A stretch of 64,000 bases of DNA, from contig JAYGDX010000082.1 in the NCBI GenBank assembly GCA_046582655.1, forward strand, positions 27,586-91,585, given 5' to 3'. The stretch comes from Candidatus Poribacteria bacterium. GTDB lineage: Bacteria > Poribacteria > WGA-4E > UBA9662. The position numbers were made by a program, and so were the translations under genes. The notes under the pieces were generated by a model, which saw nothing but the letters and a program-made list of their open reading frames with translations, was not told where the DNA came from and did not search any database. Below are positions 9,059 to 18,605 of the stretch, piece after piece. The first letter of the stretch is position 1. Each line of letters starts with the position of its first letter.

Positions 9059-11050
9059 TTAGAACGGCTTGACAATCACTGCTTTCGAAACCAGTGCAAT
9101 AGCAACGCTAACCATCCCAATCAACCCAACACCACAGGAGAAGCCTGCCGCTAATACTGGATTGAACATGAACCACCTCTTTAAACCAAATCGCTTAATC
9201 ATGTAAAAACGACCAATTATTGCGCCAACCAAGCGGGGTAGCATCATTCCTGGATCTCCCCCCAGCCCACCAATAACCCCGAAAAACCACATACTGGGTA
9301 ATTTAAACATCCATATTAGGCCTCGAATGGCTAACATTGACGTAAACCCAGCTGACAGATAATCCCCGCGTATCGCCTGAAGCATCTGGCTGTTTCCATC
9401 GCGTAAAGCTGTTATCCTAAGAGCTTCGTTTGTTGCATTAAACGGCCATTTAATTTGAGCATCCGGATATTGTGCCGAAGGAATAGGGGCAATTTTCCAG
9501 ATGAAATGCCAGACAATAATTCCGGAGATAATGAGAATTGGCATAATAAGTAAATCACCCGCTATTTTACTGGTGAACGTTGTACCGGTTAGTTCAAGCA
9601 CTCGCCACCCTTGAGTACCTGCTCCATAATCTTCATCTGGCCAATGTACAAACCAAATGTCAACCTCTTCATAACGGCTCAAAATGAGAGTCATTTCATG
9701 CAGATATGGTATCTCGAACAGATCCCTACCTAACACACCATAAGTTCGAGCGGTTATATAGGAATTTAGTGGCGTATAGAGAAAAGCAAACCCGAGAAAA
9801 AAAGTAAGTGGGAAACTAGGTACCATAAATTTATGAACTATCCATACATAGACACTCATGGAGACCAGCCACATAGATCCCATGAACCAGATTGGGAAAT
9901 CACCCCGTCCAGCCGGAGGGGCAAGAACGCTTTGTCCACCGCTTGCTTTCTGCTTTTTTCTCATTTGCATGAATATTGGGACAGAAGCTGCGAAACCGAT
10001 GACAGCCAAACTGAAGGCCTTACCTATTGAGAAACTGATCCAAAAATCGAGACCATTATAAAGCCCCGTACCGCGAACGTCCAGTCCAGGCCGCCATTGA
10101 TGTAAGATCTCACTTCGGTACAGGACTTGCGGATTCAGGAAAAACTGCGTAAAACACGCGGTGACAAATTCGGAAAAAACAACTGGAAACGGTAGAACGA
10201 AGCCGGTAAGAATCTGACTGAAATCGGTTGAAAGTGCAAAGACACCTGTTGGGGCGAAACCTTCGATAGCAGGCGTGAAATCGATCCAAGGAATTTTCAG
10301 GATCATAATAGGTTCAGACATCATCACACCAGTTAATGAAGGAATGCCAATGTAAATGAATCCCCAGATTAAACCTGACATTGACCCTATGGAAAAGATT
10401 CTCCATCGCCAAGTTTCGCTTTTAGTGGTGGATTCAGCTAGAGCAGTCGCACCCTGTGCTGCAATCGGTGCCATTGGGAAAGGTAACCGTTCAAAATCGG
10501 CTGTCACGCGAAACAAAACATATGAAGCCCCCAACCCTCGCATTACTCCCAATAATTTAAAGATAATAAACATCAGGATCGGCCAGTACCAATCCATATG
10601 CAAGAGAGATCTCTCAGCAATAGCGATGGAATCCGGCGCTGGGGCTGTCCACCAGGGAACCTTATCGGCAATTTCATATGACTCTGCTTGCGGTGTCCCG
10701 ATGAAATAAGAGTACCATATGAAACCACGGTATTGGGTACCTGCTCCAACTGCCGCTCCGGTCAAACCTAACAACATGTAAAGTTCTTGCCGTTTTGCAG
10801 TAGTAAAAGACCTGCGCGCCAGTTCTGTGAAAAGGATAACCGCCACCCAAGGCGCCGCCCCTGCACCAGATGTACCTGAGACTAACGTTAGGTATATCGC
10901 ACCTGGCATCATCAGAAGACCGATAAACAGGGCTCCCAGGAAGACCTTTAAAGTCAATCCCGACTCAAAGGCTCGAATCCCCCCATCGATATCATAACGT
11001 TTGGCCCATGCTTGCCACTCTTGGGCTTCGGTAACTCTTTCTCTCGCCAA
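9059..11050 (-). CDS. OPT-family-like (oligopeptide transporter) polytopic membrane protein
   Basis: 663 aa with many TM segments. GLTLKVFLGALFIG...AIYLTLVSG and ERLPFP resemble OPT motifs. TTG start after a GGAGG RBS. Confidence 0.75.
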   Translation of the reverse strand: MARERVTEAQEWQAWAKRYDIDGGIRAFESGLTLKVFLGALFIGLLMMPGAIYLTLVSGTSGAGAAPWVAVILFTELARRSFTTAKRQELYMLLGLTGAAVGAGTQYRGFIWYSYFIGTPQAESYEIADKVPWWTAPAPDSIAIAERSLLHMDWYWPILMFIIFKLLGVMRGLGASYVLFRVTADFERLPFPMAPIAAQGATALAESTTKSETWRWRIFSIGSMSGLIWGFIYIGIPSLTGVMMSEPIMILKIPWIDFTPAIEGFAPTGVFALSTDFSQILTGFVLPFPVVFSEFVTACFTQFFLNPQVLYRSEILHQWRPGLDVRGTGLYNGLDFWISFSIGKAFSLAVIGFAASVPIFMQMRKKQKASGGQSVLAPPAGRGDFPIWFMGSMWLVSMSVYVWIVHKFMVPSFPLTFFLGFAFLYTPLNSYITARTYGVLGRDLFEIPYLHEMTLILSRYEEVDIWFVHWPDEDYGAGTQGWRVLELTGTTFTSKIAGDLLIMPILIISGIIVWHFIWKIAPIPSAQYPDAQIKWPFNATNEALRITALRDGNSQMLQAIRGDYLSAGFTSMLAIRGLIWMFKLPSMWFFGVIGGLGGDPGMMLPRLVGAIIGRFYMIKRFGLKRWFMFNPVLAAGFSCGVGLIGMVSVAIALVSKAVIVKPF

Positions 11051-11098
11051 ATTTATCCTCCGTTAATCCCTAAACTAATCCACGGTACTGCCAATACA

Positions 11099-11305
11099 TT
11101 ATTCCGGCATCTCACCATCATCTGCTTCTTTTCCAACCGCTTCAGAAATATAAGCCACAAAAATCCCAATGATTAGAACACCTGCCGCCAATAACTGTGG
11201 CCGCCATCCGCCTCCCAAGAATAGGATGGAAATGAGCCAGAACACCGTACCGACACTAATGATAATGTACGCCAGTTTTCCCAACAATAAACCATGTTCA
11301 TCCAT
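11099..11305 (-). CDS. Small two-TM membrane protein
   Basis: 68 aa with two hydrophobic stretches and an acidic tail; AAGGAG RBS; fills the gap inside the operon. Confidence 0.75.
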   Translation of the reverse strand: MDEHGLLLGKLAYIIISVGTVFWLISILFLGGGWRPQLLAAGVLIIGIFVAYISEAVGKEADDGEMPE

Positions 11306-11328
11306 TTCAGCTCCTTACATAAATCACA

Positions 11329-14300
11329 TTAATCTGCCGGCTGAGGAGTAAGATCAGAGGCATGAACCTCTCGTTCAGAGTAAGTTTCCTGCCTGCCACG
11401 ATCGTGAAATTCACCTCGAACTTCTGCGCTAAAAGTTCGCCAGATCAATAACTGTTTTCGAACTAAATTGAGGAAGCGGCGGTTAACACGTTTCCAAGAT
11501 GCAATCTCACCACTTTCACGCGTAACGTTCAGACCAATACGATACAAATCTTCTTCTTCACTGCCAACAGGCACTGTCACCAACTTAACCTTCTGACTAA
11601 CTCCCAAATCATACGGTGCCAACCAAACCATCATACCGATGCTGAAGATATCTTCCCCTTCCTCTGCTATACGGTTAAATGTGATTTGATCAGAATAGAA
11701 ATCACTGGCAGATTCATCAGAATGCGCTTCAAAATAGTCCCGCATAAAGATGTTCAATCCCAAAGATTCTTCGGACAAAACAGTAAATGGCAAGCTAAAC
11801 TGCCAAAAATCACCATCCGGTTCTGGAAGTTTCCATTTCCGCTCAATGTCAGGAACAGCCATCCTACCTGCTTTAATGGCTGGATATAGCGTCGATCCGA
11901 TAACAACAAGCATGACAATAATCGTCGCCATTACCGTCGACATGGATGAATAGTTCAACGTTAAGCCACCCAACAGGTTAAATTTAACTAGCATCGTTGC
12001 CACAATCTGACCGAATAAGTAACCGAATACCGCTCCCACAACCGCATAAACGCAAGCCTCTGCCAGGAACAAAAACGCGATGTGTACCGGTGCTAGTCCA
12101 ACAGAACTATAGATCCCAATTTCTCGCACGCGTTCGTAAACCGCACCCAGCATTGTATTCAACACGATTAACGAAGCAATCAGAATAGGGATGAATAAAT
12201 TACCCATGCCCGAAAATGAGGTCATTCCAATAGCGCTGTACAAATAGGCATCCTTGCCCCGCCCAACGAAGAAGTCAAGCGACATACGGGTCATTAACGG
12301 CCCCATGATCAAGTCCAGCTTATCTTCCGCATCCAGCAGGACCTTGTTGCCTATTCTAGTATCCTGGTCATGTACCTCCATACTGACAGCCACCGATTTG
12401 AGATTGCCCCCTTGGTTCATAACAACCTCGTACGGCAAGATAGCAATGCTGTCGGGTGTAAGATGCAGGTATTTCTGTAATTCCCCTTCAAGGGTTTCTT
12501 CCCCCTGTCCACCACGGGAACTTTGCTGGTTCATTAATTGGTAATCAACAGGTGTTAATTCTTCACCATCGTTATCTTTTAAGTCCTTGAACCCAACGCC
12601 CAAAACGCCGACAACGGTAAAGTCTTCACCATAAACCGAAACGGTTGCTTTCCCCATATCGGCTTCTTCAATTCCCAGCAGGTCTGCCATTCCTTTGGGA
12701 AGGACACAGACATATGGCCATTTTGTTGGCCATTCAGATGCATTTTCCTGCTTAAACCACGTACCATATCTCAGGTGACTTTGAATGCCGGTTACCTCAG
12801 GTTCCCTTTCACTCATACCGACCAGCATATTGGCGGCAAAAGTTTTAGGTTCACCTGTTGGATTCGTCTTTGGTCGAGGGTCTAGCTTGTTTGCTGTCCT
12901 CGTCAACTGGACAAACGATTGATCTCCGGTACCGGATGTTTGGTACCAAGCCCGTGGTGCCACGACGTTATAGATTGTAACATCACTTAACTCGCCATCT
13001 ATCGGTATCGGTTTACCCTTTCTTCTGAACAAGCGTTCCACTTCTTCCCGACTAACTTCCCTTTTGTGTAGATCATTGGTAATTGTCGTTATCACTGGCT
13101 CTTCCATGGCACGCCAGTATTGATCTCGTATCAGCATTCCAGTGTACTTTGGTGTAACAGAGGCTAATGTTGTCCGGTTAGGCCGCATGAATGTCCGTAC
13201 TGATGTAAACGAAATGACGGTAAATGTCAGAATAACCAGCGTCACGCAGGTCAAAATTGTTCTCATTCCGCGCTTTCGCATATTGGAGATTCCCAGACTG
13301 AAAGCGGCGGCAGAGGCTGCCAGTCGTCCCACATCAGCTTTGTACACTTTCGAAGTTTCCTGCTTCATTTTCTCCAATTGCTCTTCAAATTTTCTGATGA
13401 TAATTGCTACCACGAATACCGATAAAGCCAGCACAATAAAGGCAACCAGAATAATTACAGGCGTAGTGGTAATCTGAAAAGCAGGATGAACCTGAGCAAG
13501 AAAGAAAAACACAACAAGAAAAATGGCAAAGGTGGCGATAATCTGCTTATGAATACTGGCAAAACCGAAGAGCAACCGTTCCATAAAATAAGCGAACGGT
13601 ATTAGCAACGCCAGATAGAACATTACTCCGCTAACTACATCATTTCCTGTCTTCTTCACATCCGGATAAGCACGTGACTCAAACCCCCAGGCAGCTCGCG
13701 CCAGTTTCAACGCTTGTGAATAATCTCGTTTCAACAACATATCCCGTGCTTGATTGAGATGCACGTTCGCAAACTGATGCAATTGGTCAAGTCGATCGCT
13801 ACTAATCCCGAATTTTTTGTACAGCCTATTTCGATTTTCATCCAGCCACCACATGTCACGTATGACCACGTAAGGTGTGACACGGATTGAACCATTTTCA
13901 CCAACAACGAAACCTTCACCCGTATAGAGTGTTGGGTTTTTGGCCCCGCTTGGTCCAGCTTTAATTAACAGAAGTCGCTTGCCAATTTGCCCATATGACA
14001 TCCCGATCTTAATCCGCGCATCTGCTTCTGAGTAGACCAACGCAATTGGTTCTGTAGCCGATACCCCTTGCTGTTGTATAGGTTTGGATATACCATATTT
14101 CTCAGGGAAACTGTCAGTTGCTGCGTCATAGACTTGCAGTTCACGAAGTGTTCGTAAAGACCGTTGGTCAACTAAATCATATATGGTCGTCGAAACACAG
14201 GGAAAGACCACAACTCGACAGCCCCTTTGCCTTCGATCTATAGGTACTTTATTGTTGTAGACTTTAGCCCCAAAGTTACCAAGGTCGGGGGCATAGACGA

Positions 14301-17300
14301 TATCGCCTGAATCCCGGTCTAGAATATAAGGCTCAATTTCCTGAGCTCCACCCATACGGTTGGTGGCTCTACCTTCCATAGCCAAACCGACAACCTCAAA
14401 TATCCCTCTGTTATCACCACGTATAATTAGGTCTCCGCGGACCCCCGTCATTGTTTTGTGCTTGCGACGGAGTGTGACAATTGGGTTAGGAACAGGCTTG
14501 CTCGGTAACGCACTTTCCCGTGCATCGTATTCAACAACATCGCCGTATAGATTACAGTAAAAATTTCCGACCTTTGCCGACGTTGGCATCAATGGATCCC
14601 GCAAAGCTTGTATTAGAATTGATGCCATTGTTTTAACCTGTTTGTGCAGATTGCCGTCATCAGTAATATCCATTCGGTTAATTGTGTCAAACGGCGTATC
14701 TGTCATCATACGGGCGTCGTCAATTGTGGCAAACGCAATACCGGTTTTTCCGGCTAAAGTCGCCACCTCGCTATCAAAGGCGATTTTGCTTGGAATGTAA
14801 GTCTTCCAAGTTTTTCCACCACTGGCCGAAATGCCATTGATAAAATTGCTACTACCACTCAAGCCAACCACACTGATCAGTTCTTTGATATCGTCAACTT
14901 CATCTTGAGTCAGTTCCGAAGGGTCTTCGCCTCTAAGTGTGAGTTGAGCATTAAGTTTATTGAGTTGGCGGATTTTTCCTTTTCGCGCCTTTCGAGCTGA
15001 TCGGATGTCATTTCGGATAAATCGCTCAACCTCTTTCCGAATATAGTCTATGTCTTTCAACATATCTTCGGAGGGCTCACCCCGATCTTTCATGTGCTGA
15101 AATTGCATTTTCATCAGGCGCGAAACTCCACCAAGCCCTTTCAAGGTACTGAAATGTTCTCCAACCAGTGTCTCAAGTGTCTTACCCTCGATAGCTTCTT
15201 TAGGAGCTATTCCAGCGGAAATCCCCCACTGGCTAGCCATCACACTTTGTTGTATCTGGTCATTAGTGAATTTCCACAACTGCTCAATTCGTTCTCCAAA
15301 ATCCGCTTGATTAGCGTATTCCAACAACTTATTACCGATAGACGCGAACTCGCGACGTAACACATATTCGGGCTGCTGATCATAGAACCACCCTTTATTG
15401 AAAACGCCGAATGTGTCATTTTGCGTTGATAGGTCTATCGAAATGAAGAGCGACGCATAATAACGGTTGAACAAATCTTGCAAAGCGATTGCCTGTTCCA
15501 AACTTGTAATCTTACGCTGGTATTCTGCTTTGCTGATACGCGCTATTTTTTCAACACGGTTTTGGATATTCCGGAAACGCGAATTTCGCAATGTCAACAT
15601 GTTATCCCGGAGCAATCCTTTGGTTTCTTCATCCAGACTGGAGTTGAGTTGATCAAGGCGACCTAGCAGGTTTTGAAGATCAACAATATCGGATTCAGAA
15701 CGCTCTTTAACAGCAGCAAGCAAGCTCTGTTCGGTAAAATGAGCGGCAATTTGTGTGCGTATCTCTATCGCTTTTTTGCTCTCTTCATAGTCCTTCAAAT
15801 AATGCTTTAATACCAGAAGTTCTTCATCCAGATATCCGCGGCTGAGATTGGCGTGGGAACTCAGCAACCAATCGATTCGCCGTGCCTCAATTCGGGCGTT
15901 ACGCAGTCCGCTCTCAAGAATGTTTTGCTTGTCTTTTGTCAGCTTTTCGATCAACACGCTTATCGACGGATCCGGTTTTTCGGACATGAGGAGTGCCCGT
16001 TTCTGCTGAATATCCTTATTAAGATCTTCAAAACGATCTAGATTGCTTTTTTGAGAGCTGCTGAAGCTGCTACCAAGTAGAATTTTTCGTTGCAGGGAAC
16101 TCAAATCAAGTAGATCTGTGTCACTGATATAAAAGGCAAGTTTTGTCCTGTCAGGTTGATATAAAGGATCTTCATTAAGTTTATTGATAGACTCAACAAA
16201 AAAATTGCTACTACTATCGATGTCAGTGATTTTGTCCCTGATGTTTTTTAGAATCTGTTCTTCTTCATTAATGTAGTTGGACAAGGATTCATTTGCGGAA
16301 GACACAATCCTGCGCGCCGCAATCAGCTCTTTTAGATCCCCAAAGTTGAGATGTCGATCAAGCAAGTTTGCAGGTGCGTACCGCAACATCAATTTGCGTT
16401 TATCTTTCAATTCCCAGTTCTCTAGACTATCCGACAGTTTCTGTATATCTTGCGCTGTCGGCTGGTCGCGTAATTCATCAGGAATCAGCAGCCGGTAATT
16501 TCCATTTTTTTCTTCTCGAGTAAGATATGAGTCATCCGGGTTTCGGCTGAATCTTCCAGGATTTTTTGACTCTAGGTCGGCAACCAATCTCTCGATAGCC
16601 CAAACGTCAATGCGCGCCATCGGTAAAGCGATCGATTCGATTAGCTCACGCTGGGCAACACGAGACTCTGCCAAGGCAATCTCTCGCAATCTGTCAATAC
16701 GTTGGATGATATCTCTAAGAAATTGGGTGGTTTGTTGCGAGTCTTTTTTGATTTTTGAGAGGTTTGCATCAAGCAGGGATTTTTCTTCTTCAGTAAAATC
16801 TTGTTTCTCACGCTTCTTTCTCGACTGGACTTTCTTCTTTTTCCTAATTTGGAAATCACGCTGCTTATCACGCAACGAGTTAATATTCGAAACAGAAATA
16901 GATAAATCAGCCAGTGTAGTGTCAAGTGATTCCAAATCATAGCTTACTTGGTGAACTTCATGGTAAAAATCGGATGGCAGATCAACGAGAACATTCCGAT
17001 CAATTGAAATGAAAATTTTCCTGCCAAGCTCTTCGAATTCAAATATATCGCTGCTAAGCCCCCGACGTAGGCCGTGCATGGTCGGTGTTCCCGGGGAATC
17101 AACGTCACGTCCAACAACATCTTTCCCAATTCCGTCCATGAACGCCCTCATACCAGCCAGACCTTGAAAATGCGCATCGGTTGCCACAAACAGGACGGAC
17201 CTTCCTGGACGGAATTTCTTTTCAGAGAAAATCCGAGCTAGCTCAAGCATACTTGCAATACCACTGGTTGGGTCTGCTCCCGGTGCAATAGCAGGTACAA

Positions 17301-18501
17301 CCGACATGGAATCATAATAGGCGTTGAGGACCACCATTTCATCTTTGAGTTGAGGATCACCTCCCTCAAGGTATCCGCGGATATTTTGTCCTGTCCGTCG
17401 TTCCCAAGTCATGGTTGACTTCAAGCGAACGGTAACTTTCTCTCCCTTATCTTCTGCCGCGGCAATCATTCCCTTTATCTTTTCGGCATTGGATCTACTG
17501 ACCCAAAAACGGGGCACATTGGCAGGAACAGTCAGAAATTTGTTTTCTGCCTCACCACGGTTTGTTGTTTCTGGCTCAATGAAGACGACCGCTTTTGCAC
17601 CAAGCATGGCAGCATTGATCCAACGCGTACTGGAATTGAAGTTAACTAAGACGATACTTCCTTCTGGAATGAAGATACTAGATTCAGAAGCGGCGATGAA
17701 TTCCCCATGCTCGTCTATCTGACCATCCTTATTGTTATCTTTACCGTCGGTATTATCACCAGGGATTTCATCGATGATCCCATTGCCATTATTATCAATT
17801 TTATCCTTAGCCCACGTCGCAATATCGGAAAGCTGAGGAATCTCACCGTACTCATCAGTCTGGAGGTTCTCGTTGTTATCAACACCATCGTCTGTCTTTT
17901 GCAAGTGGCTGTTCAGAACATCATCCGTGATAGCACCGATGCCAACATGGAAACGGTCGGCAACACTCCCGAGAGTATCTCCCTTTTTGACTTCATACCA
18001 GAATCCCCCAATATCTTTATCGTTGAAGTCTCGTAGATTGGATGAGCCTACAAAGAAGATAGGTGCTTTTAAACCATCGGTAGGAAGAAGAGAAGTTCGA
18101 ATGAGATTAGGCCAAATCGGAGAAATTTGAAAAGCCAGAGGGGATTTGTCACCGCTGCCACTGAGTACTTCTAAACGACCATCGCCATGATCAATTGGAA
18201 CGGTAATTGTAAAGTCGCGACTTTCGACATTCTGAAGACCGATTTCAGTAAATCGATCGAAAATGTACTTACTTGCATTGGCAGTATCAGGATAACCTGT
18301 AACGCGCGTAGAAAGGCTAGAAAGGCGTGCGATATCTTTGCGTATATTTCGGATATCTACCTGTTCACGAATCTTCACCGCCGTATCCGAGAGACTAAGC
18401 GAAGACGCTCCATCTGCTCCTTCCGCTATAACAGTACAATAATTTAGCATTAGGAAAGCCCAAAGAAGGGCGAAGCAAAACGGAGTTCCAAATTTCCTCA
18501 T
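11329..18501 (-). CDS. Giant fusion of an M28/PA peptidase-like ectodomain (with LysM, Ca-binding repeats and helical inserts) and a MacB/FtsX-type ABC permease
   Basis: Signal peptide MRKFGTP... after an AAGGAGAG RBS. M28-like GQNIRGYLEG and AYYDS..GAD..SGIASMLELAR. LysM YEVKKGDTLGSVADRF. Permease motifs LGISNMRKRGMRTILT and AVYERVREIGIYSSVG. Confidence 0.85.
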   Translation of the reverse strand: MRKFGTPFCFALLWAFLMLNYCTVIAEGADGASSLSLSDTAVKIREQVDIRNIRKDIARLSSLSTRVTGYPDTANASKYIFDRFTEIGLQNVESRDFTITVPIDHGDGRLEVLSGSGDKSPLAFQISPIWPNLIRTSLLPTDGLKAPIFFVGSSNLRDFNDKDIGGFWYEVKKGDTLGSVADRFHVGIGAITDDVLNSHLQKTDDGVDNNENLQTDEYGEIPQLSDIATWAKDKIDNNGNGIIDEIPGDNTDGKDNNKDGQIDEHGEFIAASESSIFIPEGSIVLVNFNSSTRWINAAMLGAKAVVFIEPETTNRGEAENKFLTVPANVPRFWVSRSNAEKIKGMIAAAEDKGEKVTVRLKSTMTWERRTGQNIRGYLEGGDPQLKDEMVVLNAYYDSMSVVPAIAPGADPTSGIASMLELARIFSEKKFRPGRSVLFVATDAHFQGLAGMRAFMDGIGKDVVGRDVDSPGTPTMHGLRRGLSSDIFEFEELGRKIFISIDRNVLVDLPSDFYHEVHQVSYDLESLDTTLADLSISVSNINSLRDKQRDFQIRKKKKVQSRKKREKQDFTEEEKSLLDANLSKIKKDSQQTTQFLRDIIQRIDRLREIALAESRVAQRELIESIALPMARIDVWAIERLVADLESKNPGRFSRNPDDSYLTREEKNGNYRLLIPDELRDQPTAQDIQKLSDSLENWELKDKRKLMLRYAPANLLDRHLNFGDLKELIAARRIVSSANESLSNYINEEEQILKNIRDKITDIDSSSNFFVESINKLNEDPLYQPDRTKLAFYISDTDLLDLSSLQRKILLGSSFSSSQKSNLDRFEDLNKDIQQKRALLMSEKPDPSISVLIEKLTKDKQNILESGLRNARIEARRIDWLLSSHANLSRGYLDEELLVLKHYLKDYEESKKAIEIRTQIAAHFTEQSLLAAVKERSESDIVDLQNLLGRLDQLNSSLDEETKGLLRDNMLTLRNSRFRNIQNRVEKIARISKAEYQRKITSLEQAIALQDLFNRYYASLFISIDLSTQNDTFGVFNKGWFYDQQPEYVLRREFASIGNKLLEYANQADFGERIEQLWKFTNDQIQQSVMASQWGISAGIAPKEAIEGKTLETLVGEHFSTLKGLGGVSRLMKMQFQHMKDRGEPSEDMLKDIDYIRKEVERFIRNDIRSARKARKGKIRQLNKLNAQLTLRGEDPSELTQDEVDDIKELISVVGLSGSSNFINGISASGGKTWKTYIPSKIAFDSEVATLAGKTGIAFATIDDARMMTDTPFDTINRMDITDDGNLHKQVKTMASILIQALRDPLMPTSAKVGNFYCNLYGDVVEYDARESALPSKPVPNPIVTLRRKHKTMTGVRGDLIIRGDNRGIFEVVGLAMEGRATNRMGGAQEIEPYILDRDSGDIVYAPDLGNFGAKVYNNKVPIDRRQRGCRVVVFPCVSTTIYDLVDQRSLRTLRELQVYDAATDSFPEKYGISKPIQQQGVSATEPIALVYSEADARIKIGMSYGQIGKRLLLIKAGPSGAKNPTLYTGEGFVVGENGSIRVTPYVVIRDMWWLDENRNRLYKKFGISSDRLDQLHQFANVHLNQARDMLLKRDYSQALKLARAAWGFESRAYPDVKKTGNDVVSGVMFYLALLIPFAYFMERLLFGFASIHKQIIATFAIFLVVFFFLAQVHPAFQITTTPVIILVAFIVLALSVFVVAIIIRKFEEQLEKMKQETSKVYKADVGRLAASAAAFSLGISNMRKRGMRTILTCVTLVILTFTVISFTSVRTFMRPNRTTLASVTPKYTGMLIRDQYWRAMEEPVITTITNDLHKREVSREEVERLFRRKGKPIPIDGELSDVTIYNVVAPRAWYQTSGTGDQSFVQLTRTANKLDPRPKTNPTGEPKTFAANMLVGMSEREPEVTGIQSHLRYGTWFKQENASEWPTKWPYVCVLPKGMADLLGIEEADMGKATVSVYGEDFTVVGVLGVGFKDLKDNDGEELTPVDYQLMNQQSSRGGQGEETLEGELQKYLHLTPDSIAILPYEVVMNQGGNLKSVAVSMEVHDQDTRIGNKVLLDAEDKLDLIMGPLMTRMSLDFFVGRGKDAYLYSAIGMTSFSGMGNLFIPILIASLIVLNTMLGAVYERVREIGIYSSVGLAPVHIAFLFLAEACVYAVVGAVFGYLFGQIVATMLVKFNLLGGLTLNYSSMSTVMATIIVMLVVIGSTLYPAIKAGRMAVPDIERKWKLPEPDGDFWQFSLPFTVLSEESLGLNIFMRDYFEAHSDESASDFYSDQITFNRIAEEGEDIFSIGMMVWLAPYDLGVSQKVKLVTVPVGSEEEDLYRIGLNVTRESGEIASWKRVNRRFLNLVRKQLLIWRTFSAEVRGEFHDRGRQETYSEREVHASDLTPQPAD

Positions 18502-18576
18502 ATAACTCTCCTTATACATGCAATAACAAATCATTGAAAAAACTCAGTAGGATTGACAATGAAAGGGCAAGCCCAG

Positions 18577-18605
18577 ATTTTATCACAGTTCCAAAATCTT
18601 GTCAA
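18577..18605 (-). promoter_or_regulatory. Putative sigma70 promoter of the six-gene operon
   Basis: Minus strand TTGACA-17 nt-TAAAAT with an extended -10 (TGaTAAAAT), about 75 nt before the ATG at 18501. Confidence 0.7.

Noticed and set aside
11686..18447. Many 60-110 aa plus-strand ORFs opposite the giant gene (likewise opposite tamB)
   Set aside because: Antisense shadow ORFs of long coding sequences with no independent motifs.
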